A stretch of 64,000 bases of DNA, from assembly GCF_009914755.1 (NCBI RefSeq), contig NC_060925.1; one strand, given 5' to 3'. The position numbers were made by a program, and so were the translations under genes. The DNA comes from the human T2T-CHM13v2.0 reference genome, Homo sapiens. Within the stretch, counting starts at the first letter, position 1. Each line of letters opens with the position of its first letter. Positions 36,221 through 55,763 of this stretch are shown one piece after another. Below the pieces are notes generated by a model. It saw only the letters and a program-made list of their open reading frames with translations. It searched no databases and had not been told where the DNA came from.

Positions 36221-38309
36221 TAGAAACAACCAAGTGTCAATGAACCCAGAAGCATCAGCGCTACTCAGGATGGGACATAAAGGACCAACAGCAACTACTG
36301 CAGAATTGAACTGACACAAGAACAGATGGGAAACAGAGATGAACCATTATTGGATTTTTCCATTTTGAGATTTGACCGAAATGGTAATCTTGTTTCAGAT
36401 CATCTTGAAGATGCCTGTAGAGGGAGGCAATTTGCTTTGATCCAGCTACCTTAATAGTGAGTAAGTGTAAATTTGAAGCATTTTGTCACACTCTGCTATC
36501 TCACTTTTACCTGAAACTTCGTATTGTGTTTAGTCAGAATTTATTGAGCACCTACTTTGTGCCAAAGCACCATTCCAGACATTACAAAATCAAATATAGA
36601 TAAGCGGTTGTCCCCGTACTCTCGGTTTTTACTGTATGGCAAAAAAGAAATAAATGTCCCCCAAAACCCCAAGCCATATATTGATGTATACAATTCTAGA
36701 AGAAATTGGAAAGATTAAATGTGTGGTTGATTAACTCTAGAAAAAGAGGACATAAAATATAAGGGGTTTTGTTTTATTTTGCCTCAGAGGCAATTTTGTG
36801 TATACCAAAAAGTCTACTGAGATTTTTTAAAATTAATGTTCAATCTACTAAAGTTACAAATTCAAAATCCTAGTTCTTCCCAAAGTTTTTAAGTGCGTAA
36901 TATAATATTGTATTCTTATCTTATTGTCATTGTTCAATGTCACTTCCACAGAGCTTGTTATTGTTAAGTCTTGGCCTCATTTACAAATTTTATTTCTTTA
37001 AACCTTAAGCTGCATTTACAAATGTAGTATATTCCATTTCCTTCAAAAGTATTTTGACCTAATAAACAAAACCTCTCTGAGTGCTAGATAATTCTTATAA
37101 ATGTAATACATTGAACTTATAATTACAGTGAAGTTCATATCCATGTTCCAACTCAGGAAGATTTAACTTAAAATCACAAGTCTAAATCAATTAATCCACC
37201 TCTCATTTTAGATTTATAGAAGATCTAGTGGGCCATCTTATGTTACACGTTAGAATAAATAAGAAAGGAATTCTTGCAAATTCCTTAACACAGATATATT
37301 AATAGTATGGCTTTGATTCTCCTACACATTTAGATTTGTCCTGAAACTGAAAAGATGCTTCAAGACAGTTCGACGTGTCAAGGCAGGTTCATTGATTCAC
37401 CATTGTGGTACAGGATGTTGACAGCAAAGAAGGTTGGGGGACCAGGGGTTATATTGGGAACTCTCTGTATTTTGTATTCAGTATTGCTGTTAACCTAAAA
37501 TGGCTTCAAAAAATTATCTATTAAATTAAAAGAAAGAGAGTGAGTATGAGCATGAAAGAGTTGCAAGAACCCAAAAAAGCAAGAAAAAAGTTACTGTCTC
37601 TGTTCATGGGAGAGTTGGTTGGGCTGCTACATTATCATCCATAACTCTCAACTTCATTTATAGTTGCATGTCAATGACTCCACAGCTTCAAGAGGTAGGC
37701 CAAGTCCCTGGATTTCAGTTACACTTATCACCTAACTCTGGAGTCTCTTAGAGATCCCTATAGTCTATCAAATTGGTCCTTTGATTAGATTTTGCAAGAC
37801 TGGCTCTTAAGATAAATTAATGTTTACCTTTTAAATGTAAACATCTCTGAACCTTACTAAAACCCTTTGGTATTTTACATGTTTCATAGGCCCACACAAA
37901 TTAGATATTGAAAGTGTGTTTCTTTGAATCCTGTGTGTTGGACAAGGTTTTCTCTGATTGGTAATTATACTTTACAAGATAATTTTAGTAACGGTGGCCT
38001 CCAACTCTAAAAGCATAGAGAAGAGAGGTAAACAAATAATTATATTATATGGTGAACTATTCAGTCATAGAAGATACTCACATAAGAAATGCCAATAGGG
38101 AATGAAGTGTCCAAAGAATATAGAAGAGTTTGGCACAGAATAGTGCCCTATGTGTTGTAGAGTACGCAGTAATCATTTATTGAGTGAATGAATGGATACA
38201 CGAATAGTGAATAAAGTGCTCATAGAAGAATACTAGCTTGTTAGTACTAGAATGTAAAGTTACAAGGTAGGGTTATAGATTTTGACTTATAGTAAAATAA
38301 AACACATTC

Positions 38310-39055
38310 CACTTCTCCTAAAAATCCCCTGCGCTCCACCTGTTTATCTGCCACACCCCCGATTCCCAGAACCCCTGGCAACTACTGATCATTTTACTGT
38401 CTCTAAACTTTTGCAGAATTTTATGTGAATATCTGTTTTCAAATCAATTGGATAAATAAGATTCCTTGGATCATATGGTGAGACTACACTTAGCTTTGTA
38501 AGAGACTGCCAAACTGGCTTCCAAAACGGCTGTGCCACATTTGAATTCCCGCCTACGGTGGGTGACAGTTCCTGTTGCTTCGCATGCTTGTCAGTATTTG
38601 GGGTTGTCAGTGTTTTCGATTTTAGCCATTCTAATAGGTATGTAATGGTACCTCCTTGTTATTTTAATTTGTGATTTCCTGAAAACAAATGATAAGCATC
38701 TTTTTCACATGCTTATTTGCCATCCATGTATCTTCTTTGGTGAGGTATCCAGATTTTTTGGCCCATTTTTTAACTGGGCTATTTTCATATTGTTGCATTT
38801 TAAGAGTCCTTTGTATTTTTGGATACAACTCCTTTATCAGATATGAGTTTGGTAAATATTTTCTTGCTGTCTGTCACTTGTCTTTAGATTTTCCTAACAA
38901 TGTTTTTACAGAGAAGTTTTTAATTTTAATGAAGTATAACATCAATTTTTTTCTTTCATGGAATGTAATTTTGCAGTTATACCTAAAAACTCACAGTCAT
39001 AAATTTTTTGTGACTAAACCCAAGGTCATATAAGTTTTCTCCTATGTCTTCTATC
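38310..39055 (-). mobile_element. Old L1M fragment (ORF2 3' end/3'UTR)
   Basis: gattttagccattctaataggta...ttatttgccatccatgtatcttctttggtgag motifs. Confidence 0.8.
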
Positions 39056-39075
39056 TTTTTTTAAAAAAAATTATT

Positions 39076-39514
<439 letters not shown>

Positions 39515-39948
39515 CATTTTATTTTTAAAAAGGTTCATGATTTTATGGTAGGGAACAAGTTTGCCCCACAGAGGCAAGATTTGTCCTTGGTTGGCCTGTC
39601 TCCTGGAAAGAGAATTGAGGTCTGGAACTCTAGGCCTCTTGTCCATTTACTACACCATCCAGAACATTTATGTAAGCATTTCCAGCAATTGTCCTGTCCA
39701 TTCTGATTTGATTAGCAAAGGTCACATGTCCATTCTTAAAATAGTATTTCTGTGCTAAGTCATATATTCCACTCCAGATACTGGGCAGGGGTGGAGTCAG
39801 CTTCCCCAGAAGCACATTGATTTCCACATGGAAATTGGGCTGTGTTCTAAAATGCTGGGAAAGCAGTCACATATGTGCAATGCCAGCATGAAACCAAAGG
39901 GTTGGGGGTTAGATCATTAAGGGCTTTATGTCTAAACAGGTGATGGGG

Positions 39949-40367
39949 TGTTTTAGTTCATTCTTTCATTGCTACGAAGAAATACCTGAGACTGGGTAAT
40001 TTATGAAGAAAATATGTTTAATTGGTGCAGGGCTGAACAGGAAGGACGGTGTTGGCACTTTCTCAGCTTCTGGGGAGGCCTCAGGAAATTTACAATCATG
40101 GCGGAAGACAAAGTAGGAGTGGGCACTTCACGTGGCTGGAGCAGGAGGAAGAGAGAGGGAGGCGGAGGTGCCAGATCTGGTCATTTAAAATGATCTGGTC
40201 AAAACAACAAACTCACTATTGTGAGGACAGTACCAAGGGGGTGGGAATAAACCATTCATGAGAAACCACCCCCGTGATCCAATCATCTCCCACCAGGCTC
40301 CACCTCCAACACTGGGGGTTACAATTCCACATGAGAGTTGGTGGGGACACAGATCCAAACCATATCA
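39949..40367 (-). mobile_element. MaLR solo LTR (MSTA-like)
   Basis: tgttttagttcattctttcattgctacgaagaaatacctgagactggg...atccaaaccatatca. Confidence 0.88.
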
Positions 40368-41067
40368 GAAAGTAATGGAGTCATCTTACAGAGGAGTAGT
40401 AAGGTGTTAGATCTGCATGTTAGAATTTTATTTTCTGTAGCCTGGAAGGGATTCAAGCTGTGCATGCCTTGAGGTAGATTAATGAGGGAGCTCTAGCAGT
40501 GGTCCTGGAGAGAGAAGCTGAGGGCTTTGAACTCAACTATGGCTGTGACAGTGGCAAGGAGAATGGGAAGGAGAGAGCAAATTCAAGACATGTTTAGGAA
40601 TTAAAACAATGACAAAAAAAAAAAAAGACAAAAAAAGCTTTTCGAGCTGGGTATGGTGGTGCATGCCTGTAGTCCCAGCTACCTGGAAGGCTGCAGTGGG
40701 AGGATCACTTGAGCCCAGGAGTTTGAGTCTAGCCTGGGCAACATAAGGAGACCTTGTCTCTAAAAAAATTTGTTTTAAAATAAAAAGCGTTTTGAATGAT
40801 TTTCTTGTTTCTCTAATTGATAATCCCACAAATTGGGGAATAAAGGATATTAGAACAGGAGGCTGGAGGTAGGATGGCCACAGTTGATAGATTATCTTGA
40901 ACATGTTGGATTTGATATGTCTTTAAGTCAACCTATAGGAAATGTCAAGTAGGCAAGTGGATTTGGGGATGTATTATAGTTAGGCTGAGGGCAGAGATAG
41001 AATATCACCATTAAAACCAAAAACAGAATTTGAGTAGACTAAACCTCTTAGTAAAAGATTGGGCACT

Positions 41068-41762
41068 AATGGAACCACCCAGTGAGTTCTTCTTGCCTGC
41101 TGCCCAGATACAGCTGATGTATGAAGATAGAGGAATTGCAATAGAGAAAGAGTCTTACACATGAGATGGCTCAAGAGAGACTGGAATTTTATTATTATGC
41201 AAATCAGCTTCCCTCAAAATTCAGAGGCTAGGGCTTTTCAAGGATAGTTCAACAGGCAAGGGAATGTGTGCTACTCATTGGTTGGGGATACAATCACAGA
41301 GGTGCAAAAATGGTCCTCAGGCCTGCTGAATCTGCTTCTAGGTAGGGACACAGGACTGGTTGGTGGTATGGGTGGAGTCATTGGTCATCAGAAATGCAAA
41401 AACCTGAAGACATCTCAAAAGGCCAACCTTAGGTTCTGCAATAGTAGAATAATTGGGGAATCTACAAGTCTTGTGACCTCCAGGATAATGGCAAGAATCA
41501 TTTCTGTCTACACTTTAGCAGAATTCAGGCTCCTCTCATCCTCCTAACCTGGTGGTCTTTCATTAGTTCTACAAAGGTAGTTTAGTTTTGGAGAAGGGCT
41601 ATTATCATTTAAACTGTAAACTAAATTTCCCGAAAGTTAGCATGGACCAAGCCTGGGACTAATTAAAGACAGTTTGGAGATTAAACACAAGATGGGGATT
41701 GGTCAGATCTCTTTCATTGCCATAATTTTCTCACTGTTGTATTTTTTGCAAAGGTGATTTCA
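41068..41762 (-). mobile_element. Solo LTR8-family element (ERV1)
   Basis: Ends ttttgcaaaggtgatttca, the reverse complement of the LTR8-like start TGAAAyCrCCTTTGCAAAA. Confidence 0.78.
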
Positions 41763-42112
41763 CTTTAACGAAGCCTACCTATTATCTATTCTCTAGAAGT
41801 TCATTGTTAAGTAAGTAGTTGAGGTTCTGATTCCTTAGAGTGACTCAGTTTCAATTCAATCCTTGTCGTCATTTGAATATCTCAAATTGACAAACCACTT
41901 TGTGTATGATTTTATATAGATGTCTGATTAGCTGTTCTGCAAATTCACAATTGCAGTCAAGATTCTCTTGTCCAGCACAGGAAAACAAGACAAGCAGCAC
42001 CTTTTCCAGTAGTCTCTCAATAAGACTTTTTCCTGTGTTTATAGATGTAAAATTTGCTAATGAGCAAGGCCTGAGAGCTAACATTGAAGTTGTTCTGAAG
42101 ATAACCTATTCA

Positions 42113-42469
<357 letters not shown>

Positions 42470-42487
42470 TCATTTTTTAAAACACTG

Positions 42488-42963
42488 CGTTCATGTTCTA
42501 ATGATGCTGTAACAAATTACCACATACTTAGTGGTTTCAAATAACACAACTGCATTATCACACAGATCTGGAGGTCAGAAGTCTTAAAATCCAAATGTCA
42601 GCAGGGCTGTGCTCCTTCTAGAGGCTCTTAGGGAAAATCTGCTTCCCTGCCTTTTCCAGCCTCCAGGGGCTTTATGCATTCCTTGGCTCACAGCTCTTTC
42701 CTCATATCACTCTGACCTCGGCTTTTGCCTCCCCGTTTTTCTTACTCCAACTCTCCTTCCTCCCTCTTTCACATTTAAAAGACCTTTGTGATTCCACTGG
42801 GCCTACCTGGATAATCCAGGACACTCTCCCCATCTCAAGATCAGCTAATTAGCAACCTTAATTTCATCTGCAACCTTCATTCCCCACTGCCATGTAACAT
42901 GTTTATTTACAGGTTCTAGGGATTCTGACATAGACATCTTTAGGGGCCATCATTCCGCCTACA
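42488..42963 (-). mobile_element. MaLR LTR (MLT1B/C-like)
   Basis: gctgtaacaaattaccacatacttagtgg...ggggccatcattccgcctaca. Confidence 0.8.
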
Positions 42964-43228
42964 ATTGTGGGCCGATGTCTTCCTTCTCTCCCGACCTCAG
43001 CAGGTTGGGTCTGGGTGGACACTTGAAATTGGTAGAACAGTCCACAGTTGGGATGAGTCAAACATGACTGAGTACTTGACTGTGAAGTTAGGTAGAACTC
43101 AGCCTTGCTCAGCTATCGCAGGCCACGTACATGCTGGTTAGTGAACAGAAGGAAACAGGAGGTTGCAGATACAGGGAGACAAGTAGCAGCAAGAGACAGA
43201 CCAGAGATAGAGAAAGTAGTTCTGATGA

Positions 43229-43540
<312 letters not shown>

Positions 43541-44197
43541 TGAATTAGAAAATAGTAAAAACTGGGTTCGGATTTAGTTTCCCACTCCGCTATTTTCTTT
43601 CCAGTATATATTTCAGACCAGTAAAGAAGAGAGGTAAATAACCAATTAAGAAAAGTTTCCTTGCTGGATACTGAGATGTTTGATGGTTCCTGCCACTCCT
43701 ACTGGCACTTAGTACATTTGTGGTCTATTATGCAGCTTAGCAATTTTGAAAAACATTTTTATTCTCTTTAGCTCATCCCTTCTTAAAAATAAATATTAAG
43801 GTTTTGGGGAGCTGAGGATACGAAATTCGTAATGTATACAACAGCTGACCAGTTCCTGTCAATAAAATATGACAATTAAATTCAGAAGCGAGGCCCTTTC
43901 CTTGCTTATCTTGTTTAGTGAGACAAGCTCATTCCTAAGCAGTCCCGGCCAATATGACTTTGAAATAGTCATCCCTGGAATCCATTTCGGGTTTCTTTTT
44001 GGACCCAAGAGCTGAGCTGAATTTGGACATCAGGCCAAGGCTGAACAGCAACAGGGTTCAGGCCATTTCTCATTAGGAAATTACTGCCTCTAAACCAGGC
44101 CCAAAGTGAGCACTATTGATTTTTTAAATACTTTTTTTATTAACAATTTTGGGGAGGTATAATTTACATATCATAACTTCACCTGTTCTAATTCAGT

Positions 44198-44799
44198 TGT
44201 TACTGGAAATGGGGTCTTGGAACTCATGCAAGAAATAATTTGGGGTGAGTCCACAGAGTAAACCGAAAGCAGATTTATTGAGAAAGTAAAGGAATAAAAG
44301 AATGGCTACTCCATAGGCAGAGCAGCCTCAAGGGCTGCTGGTTATCCATTTTTGTGATTATTTCTCAATCATATGCTAAACAAGTGGCAGATATTCATGA
44401 GTTTTCTGAGAAAGGGGATTTCCCAGAACTGAGGGTTCCTCTTCCTTTTAGACCACATAGGGTAGCTTCCAGACATTGCCGTGGCATTTGTAAATTGTCA
44501 TGGTGCTGGCAGGAATGTCTCTTAGCATGCTAATGCATTATAATTAGTGTAAAACGAGCAGTGAGGATGACCAGAGACCACTGTTTTTTGGCATCTTGGT
44601 TTTGGTAGGTTTGGGCTGGCTTCTTTACTGCATCCTGTTTTATTAGTGGGCTTCGTGACCTGTGTCTTATGCTACATTTCTATCTAATCCTGTGACCAAG
44701 AATGCCTTCCCTCCTGTGAATGCAGCCCGGCAGGTCTCAGCCTCACTTTACCCAGCCCCTGTTAAAGATGGAGTCACTCTGGTTCTAACACCTCTGACA
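44198..44799 (-). mobile_element. Solo MER41B LTR inserted in an L1M 3' fragment (~44130-45100)
   Basis: tgttactggaaatggggtc...cacctctgaca; GAS motifs TTCTGAGAA 44404-44412 and TTCCCAGAA 44420-44428. Confidence 0.85.
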
Positions 44800-45184
44800 T
44801 AACCATCACCACAATCTCATTTTAGAATATTTCCATTCCCGCCACATGAAAGTCATGCCCCATTCCTGCGCCCAGCCCTAGGCAACGTGAGTTTACTTTC
44901 TGTCTCTACAGATTTGCCTTTCCTGGTCATTTAATATAAATGAAATCATGTAAGATATGGTATTTTTTTCCTACTTCTTAACTTACCATAATGTCTTTGA
45001 GGTTTATTTATGTGGCAGCATGTATCAGTACTTTTTTTTAAATCAATAAAGAGTATTCTGTTGCATGGCTAGTCCACATTTTGCTTATCCATTCACTAAA
45101 ACTATTGATTTTTTACCACTAGATCATGGTCAGAAAATGTAGTCTGAGGAACCTGCCAGATGTAGTCTGGTCAGGGGTATCAGG

Positions 45185-45675
<491 letters not shown>

Positions 45676-46106
45676 GAAGTCCTAGGCACACTGGCTTGGG
45701 CTCAATGTTTCCTAGCCCACATCTTGAAGGCTGTGGTGGATGAAATCAGCATGTAGAGGCAGGAAAACCCCGGATCAATCAGAAAAACACTTACTCCTTG
45801 GCACTCATATGAGGATGGCATAAGTAGAGGGTCTTGGTAGAAAAGATGACAGTTCAGTACACTTAGCAACAAAGCTTGAGAATGTCTAGCTTCTCACACC
45901 TGGCAAGCTTCCTCAGTCTTGATGAATTAACGATTCTGCCTTTCTGTCTTTCCAGGTGCTTTGGCTATAGAGGCCTTGAGATATTTCGGTTACATAACTG
46001 GCTCTTATTTCCGTTGTTTAACATTTATTGAGCATTTAATATGTGTGAGGTCATTTGCATACATTGTCTAATTAAATCCTTGCAATGATCTTATAAAGTA
46101 GCTGCC

Positions 46107-48671
<2,565 letters not shown>

Positions 48672-48844
48672 CTGCCATTATACTTCTTTCACAGATGAGG
48701 AAATTGAACCTTGCAGAGATTAAGTGATTTGTTCAAAATCACTCAGGCAATAAATGGCAAAGTCAAGATTTGAACTCACTTTCTCTGAGGCCAATTCTCC
48801 CTACACTCTTCCAAGCTACTTTTAAAAAGTATCACTAAAAAAGG

Positions 48845-49127
48845 CAGATGGGAGCAGTGGCTCATGCTGCACTTTGTGAGGCTGAGGCAAGAGGATTGCT
48901 TGAGGCCATGAGTTCAAGACCAGCCTGGCCAACATATTGAGATACTCATCTCTACAAAAAGCAAAAAAATTAGCCAGGCGTGGTGGCCTGCACCTGTACT
49001 CCTAGCTACTAAGTAGGCTGAGGTGAGAGAGTCACTTGAGCCCAGGAGGTAGAAGCTGCAGTCAGCTGTGATCATGCCACTGCATTCCAGTCTGGGTGAC
49101 AGAGTGAGACCCTGTCTCAAAAAAAAG
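48845..49127 (+). mobile_element. AluJ
   Basis: Diverged Alu. Confidence 0.88.
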
Positions 49128-49589
49128 GTAGGTGGGGGGGATTTAATTTATTATGGTAGAATGATGAGAGAAGAAGTAGCAAATGGTTTAAATAGACATT
49201 TTTATAGTGATTTTGGGGGACAGAAAAAGAATGGAAGCTGGATACCTATCAGAAACATGGTGGCAGGGGAAGTGTGAAGAGAACAAGAGCCCCACCTGTT
49301 CAGTGTGAAGATGCTCCCAAGGTGATCCATTAACCTCTGTTTCCGCATTCCACACCACTGCTTGGCTCACACCCTAGCTACATAAATAATTGCAAGAATC
49401 AAATAGTTCTTAAAAGATATTATATAATGCTCCATTCTGTTATATTGAAAATTGGTGATAAATGGAAGTATAAAAATATTAACAGACTTCCCAGGATTGT
49501 AGATGGTGTGAAAGTAGGATGATAGATTCTAATGCATAAAACTATGTTACCATTTGCCCTTATCAATAAACTACATGGCTTCCTATTTT

Positions 49590-49880
49590 TTTGTTTGTTT
49601 GGTGTTTTGCTTTGTTGTTGTTTTTGAGACAGGATTTCACCCTGTTGCCTAGGCTGGAGTGCAGTGGCTTGATCCCAGCTTACTACAACCTTGACCTCCC
49701 AGGCTCAAGTGATCCTCCTGCCTCAGCCTCCTGAGTAGCTGGGACCACAGGCTTTTGCCACCCATTCCCCAACCCCCTCCCACCCCCCTCCCCTCACCTC
49801 CACCCCCCAGTAGAGACTCGGTCTCACCATGTTACCCAGGTTGGTCTCAACTCCTGGGCTCAAGCCATCCTCCTGCTTAC
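49590..49880 (-). mobile_element. AluJ with C-rich replacement of the central linker
   Basis: Alu arms flank a C-run tract at 49757-49810. Confidence 0.85.
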
Positions 49881-50077
49881 AGTTGTGACTGTATGTTACC
49901 ATACCCTCAGGATCTCTTAAGTGAGTTGTGAAAAATATTCAGGATTACCTATAGAAGGCCACTGAAATTGACTCAACCCATAATAACCTTTTCCAGTGGC
50001 AAGAAGTTGCAAGAGGAGTTCTAAAGACAAAATCAATAAGAAATTAAGGTTGAGGAAGGCTATCCTTGGCCTTAGAG

Positions 50078-50737
50078 AAGTGCTCTGCAACAGAAATGCT
50101 ATATAATATGAACCTCATGCATAATTCAAGATTTTCTAGTAGCCATATTTAAAAAGGGACAAAGAAACGAATATAATTAAGTTTAATACTATATTTAACC
50201 CAAAATATGCAAAGTATTTTTATTTGAAAAATCGATAAAAATTATTGAGATACATTACATGCTTTTGTCCTAAGTGTTTGAGATTGGTATATATTTTACA
50301 CTAACAGCAACATTTCCATTCAGATTGGCCCTTTTTTTTTTTTTTTTTTTTTTTTGAGAGAAGTCTCACTCTTATCCCCCAGGTTTGAGTGCAATTGCTT
50401 GATATCGGCTCACTACAACCAACCTCTGCCTCCTGGGTTCAAATGATTCTCCTGCCTCTGCCTCCCAAGTAGCGGGGATTAAGTCACCTGCCAACACGCC
50501 CGGCTAATTTTTGTATATTTTAGTAGAGACGGGGTTTCACCGTGTTGGCCAGGCTGGTCTCGAACTCCTGACCTCAGGTGATCTGCCTGCCTCGGGCTCC
50601 CAAAGTGCTGGGATTACAGGCGTGAGCCACCGAGCCCGGCCGGATTGGCCCTATTTCTTTAACGCTTTAGTGCTCATCTAAAGCTCATCTATTGCTTGAT
50701 GACCACATACGGCTAACGACTACTGCTTTGGACCCTG
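50078..50737. mobile_element. hAT MITE (MER33-like) interrupted by AluS (50331-50641, - strand)
   Basis: TSD gattggccct around the Alu; ttttctagtagccatatt motif. Confidence 0.7.
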
Positions 50738-51054
50738 GAACTTTAGCCTTAGATTTTTCAAAGCTTCTTGAGCAACACTTAGAACCTGCAATGACTGATC
50801 CCAACTATGTTATTGAGTTCTAAAACAGTATTATGTGTTTTGATGCACTTAAAATGAAAGTTATATGTAAATACATACAAAAGCACCATAGGTTTTCACA
50901 TGCAGGCACAAAATTTCTTATTTAACAATACACTGTGGAAAAAAATTTCCAAAACTTTTTTCAGTTATTCAGTTTAATAGAGATTTAGCAGAACTAAGTC
51001 TTTGCTTTTGACAGAGCTTGCCACCACTAAAATAAAGAATTTACGTTCCAACAG

Positions 51055-51345
51055 GGCAGGGCATGGTGGCTCACACCTGTAATCCCAGCACTTTGGGAGG
51101 CTGAGGTGGGCAGATCACTTGAGCTCAGGAGTTTGAGGCCAGACTGGGCAACGTAATAAAACCCTGTCTGTACCAAAATATAAAAAATTAGTCAGGTGTG
51201 GTGGTGCATAACTGTGGTCCCAGCTACTCAAAGGCAGAGGTTGCAGCAAGCTGAGATTGCACCACTGCACTCCAGCCTGGGTAACAGAGTTAGACTCCCA
51301 CCTCAAAAAAATAAAATAAATAAAAGAAAAAGAAAAAAGAAAAAT
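51055..51345 (+). mobile_element. Alu with internal deletion in the right arm
   Basis: Alu consensus. Confidence 0.88.
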
Positions 51346-51398
51346 TTACACAACAGAAAGGACCATGGGAAGGGAAGGAGAAAAGCTGATTGTTGTAT

Positions 51399-51919
51399 TG
51401 TTACCAGAAAGGGGTCCTGATCCAGCCCCCAAAAGTGGGTTCTCGGGCAAGAAAGAATTTGGTGCTAGTCCATGGAGTAAAGTGAAAGCAAGTTTGTAAA
51501 GAAAGTAAAGGAATAAAGAAAGGCTACCCCATAGGCAAAGCACTACCGAGGGCTGCAGGTTGCACATTTTTATGGTTATTTCCTGATTATATGCTAAACA
51601 AGAGGGGGAATTATTCATATCTTCCCTTTGTAGACCATAGGACAACTTCCTGACGTTGCCATGGCGCTGGTGGGAGTTTGGAGTGAGGATGCCCAGAGGT
51701 CACTCTTGTCGCCATCTTGGGTTTGGTGGGATTTGGCCAGCTTCTTTACTGCAACTTGTTTTAGCATCAAGATCTTTATGACCTGTATCTTGTGCCAGCC
51801 TATCTCATCCTGTGACTTAGAATGCCTAACTGGCTGGGAATGCAGCCCAGTAGGTCTCAGTCTTATTTTACCCAGCCCCCACTCAAGATGGAGTTGCTGT
51901 GGTTCAAATGCCTCTGACG
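51399..51919 (-). mobile_element. Solo MER41A LTR (lacks the GAS segment)
   Basis: tgttaccagaaaggggtcc...atgcctctgac(g); TSD GTAT. Confidence 0.85.
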
Positions 51920-52278
51920 GTATAAATATGTACAGAAGAGAGGCAAGCATATTCTGGTGAGCATTCTGGGCTCAGTAATCTTTTTTTCTGCCTTAACTAG
52001 TAAAATAAAGGCTCCCCACAAAAAGCTGGCCAAATACATGGATTTTTCAGTAAGCTGAGAATAACACCAATAACAACTGGCCTACACATTTTTCCTAATA
52101 GACATTAGTTTGTCCATGCATATTTTAATGCATGATGAAGACGCTCTTAATATTGATTTAAATCACACTGCTCCCTAAAATCTTCTGGTTTTTAGAGATG
52201 GAGTTTCGCTCTTTCACCCAGGCTGGAGTGAAGTGGCACGATCTCGGCTCACTGAAACCTCAGACAGCGAGAGAAAGA

Positions 52279-52282
<4 letters not shown>

Positions 52283-52332
<50 letters not shown>

Positions 52333-52613
52333 TATATATAAAGTATATATATATATAAAATATATATATATAAAGTATATATATATATAAAATATATACA
52401 TATAAAGTATATATATATAAAATATATACATATAAAGTATATATATATAAAGTATATACATATAAAGTATATATATATAAAGTATATACATATAAAGTAT
52501 ATATATATAAAGTATATATATATAAAGTATATATATATAAAGTATATATATATAAAGTATATATATAAAGCATATATATAAAGTATATATATAAAAGTAT
52601 ATACATATAAAAG

Positions 52614-52647
<34 letters not shown>
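52283..52647. repeat. (TA)n plus a 15-bp-period AT-rich minisatellite (TATATATATATAAAG) and (CA)n, abutting a truncated Alu fragment (52188-52262)
   Basis: Read directly; the 5-aa period (YIYTL) in the spurious ORFs confirms a 15-nt unit. Confidence 0.95.
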
Positions 52648-52648
<1 letters not shown>

Positions 52649-53087
52649 TTTGAATTCTAAGCATCAGCACTTTCTCTTAGAATGTAAGAGCCAATGCAGT
52701 TATCACCATATGGAAAAAGGCCAGAAAAAGGTGAAGTAGAAAATACAAATGTTTCAGTTAGGGGCAATGGCTTGCTTGCTCACTATAAAACAAATGCCTT
52801 CATCCTTTGCACTTCTGCACAGGCATTAGGGGAAACTTGTTCTGATCAGAAAGGGAGTTTTAAACTCACATCTCTCACTGCAGATCTTTCCAGGGAACTG
52901 CCCTCAGATAATGTAGACTTCACTAGGAAATGGCTGGTTGTTGGGTTTTTGTGCAATGCAAAGCGGTACCTTCAAAGAGGAGCTTTGCATCAGCTTCATT
53001 TTCCTCAGAAGAGCAGGAGAAGGCTAGTGGGAAATTTGATTTCACACATCTTTATTGGAGCTTCATTTGTATAAAGGTGATCACTAG

Positions 53088-53720
<633 letters not shown>

Positions 53721-54377
53721 TCTGTCACCAGAGTCTAAGGGAAAGGTGATTGTATTACTTGCTTACTGGGATTAATTTATCAGTACCTATGACAACACTT
53801 TAAATCTTTCACTCAGAGATTAGGAGGGGAGGATAAGAAAACTAATTTGGAAGTCTGCCTCTCCTTGCTCAGACAACACATGAAAGGTTGCTGCAACTCT
53901 TTAGTGCTTTAGTGCTCATCTAGTCTTTCAGGCACTTCCTAGCCAAGGAAACATCTTCTAGCTGTTTCTTCCTCTGCTCCACTAAAGCTCCTGGGACTTC
54001 ATTTATGGCAGATAAAAAACAATTAAATATAAGATTTTTAAATGACAATAAAAATAAAAAGAGCAATTGAGCAATTGGGTTGTCTTTTTTACAATTTAAA
54101 ATTTCCTGTCTTTAGACATCCTAGAGTTGTTGATTCCGGGATTCCTGGGGAGAAAGGCTCAGGGTCGGCTAACTTGCCTTCATCGAGGCAATAGTTTTAT
54201 GGGCCTCAGGCAACAATGGCTTAGAGAGCGTCCAACTAATCAATCTCAGCTGTAGGGATGGAAGTGGGTGGGTGGGTACAGCTCAAGCCCTTGGTACAAA
54301 GCAGCCCGCTAGTCTCTAAGATATGTTATCTTAACTCCCACAAAGTGCCAACTCCCTTCAATATTTAAAGAACCTGA

Positions 54378-55763
<1,386 letters not shown>

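Noticed and set aside
52214-52670. Tyr/Ile-rich ORFs in three frames
   Set aside because: Artefact of the TA-rich minisatellite.
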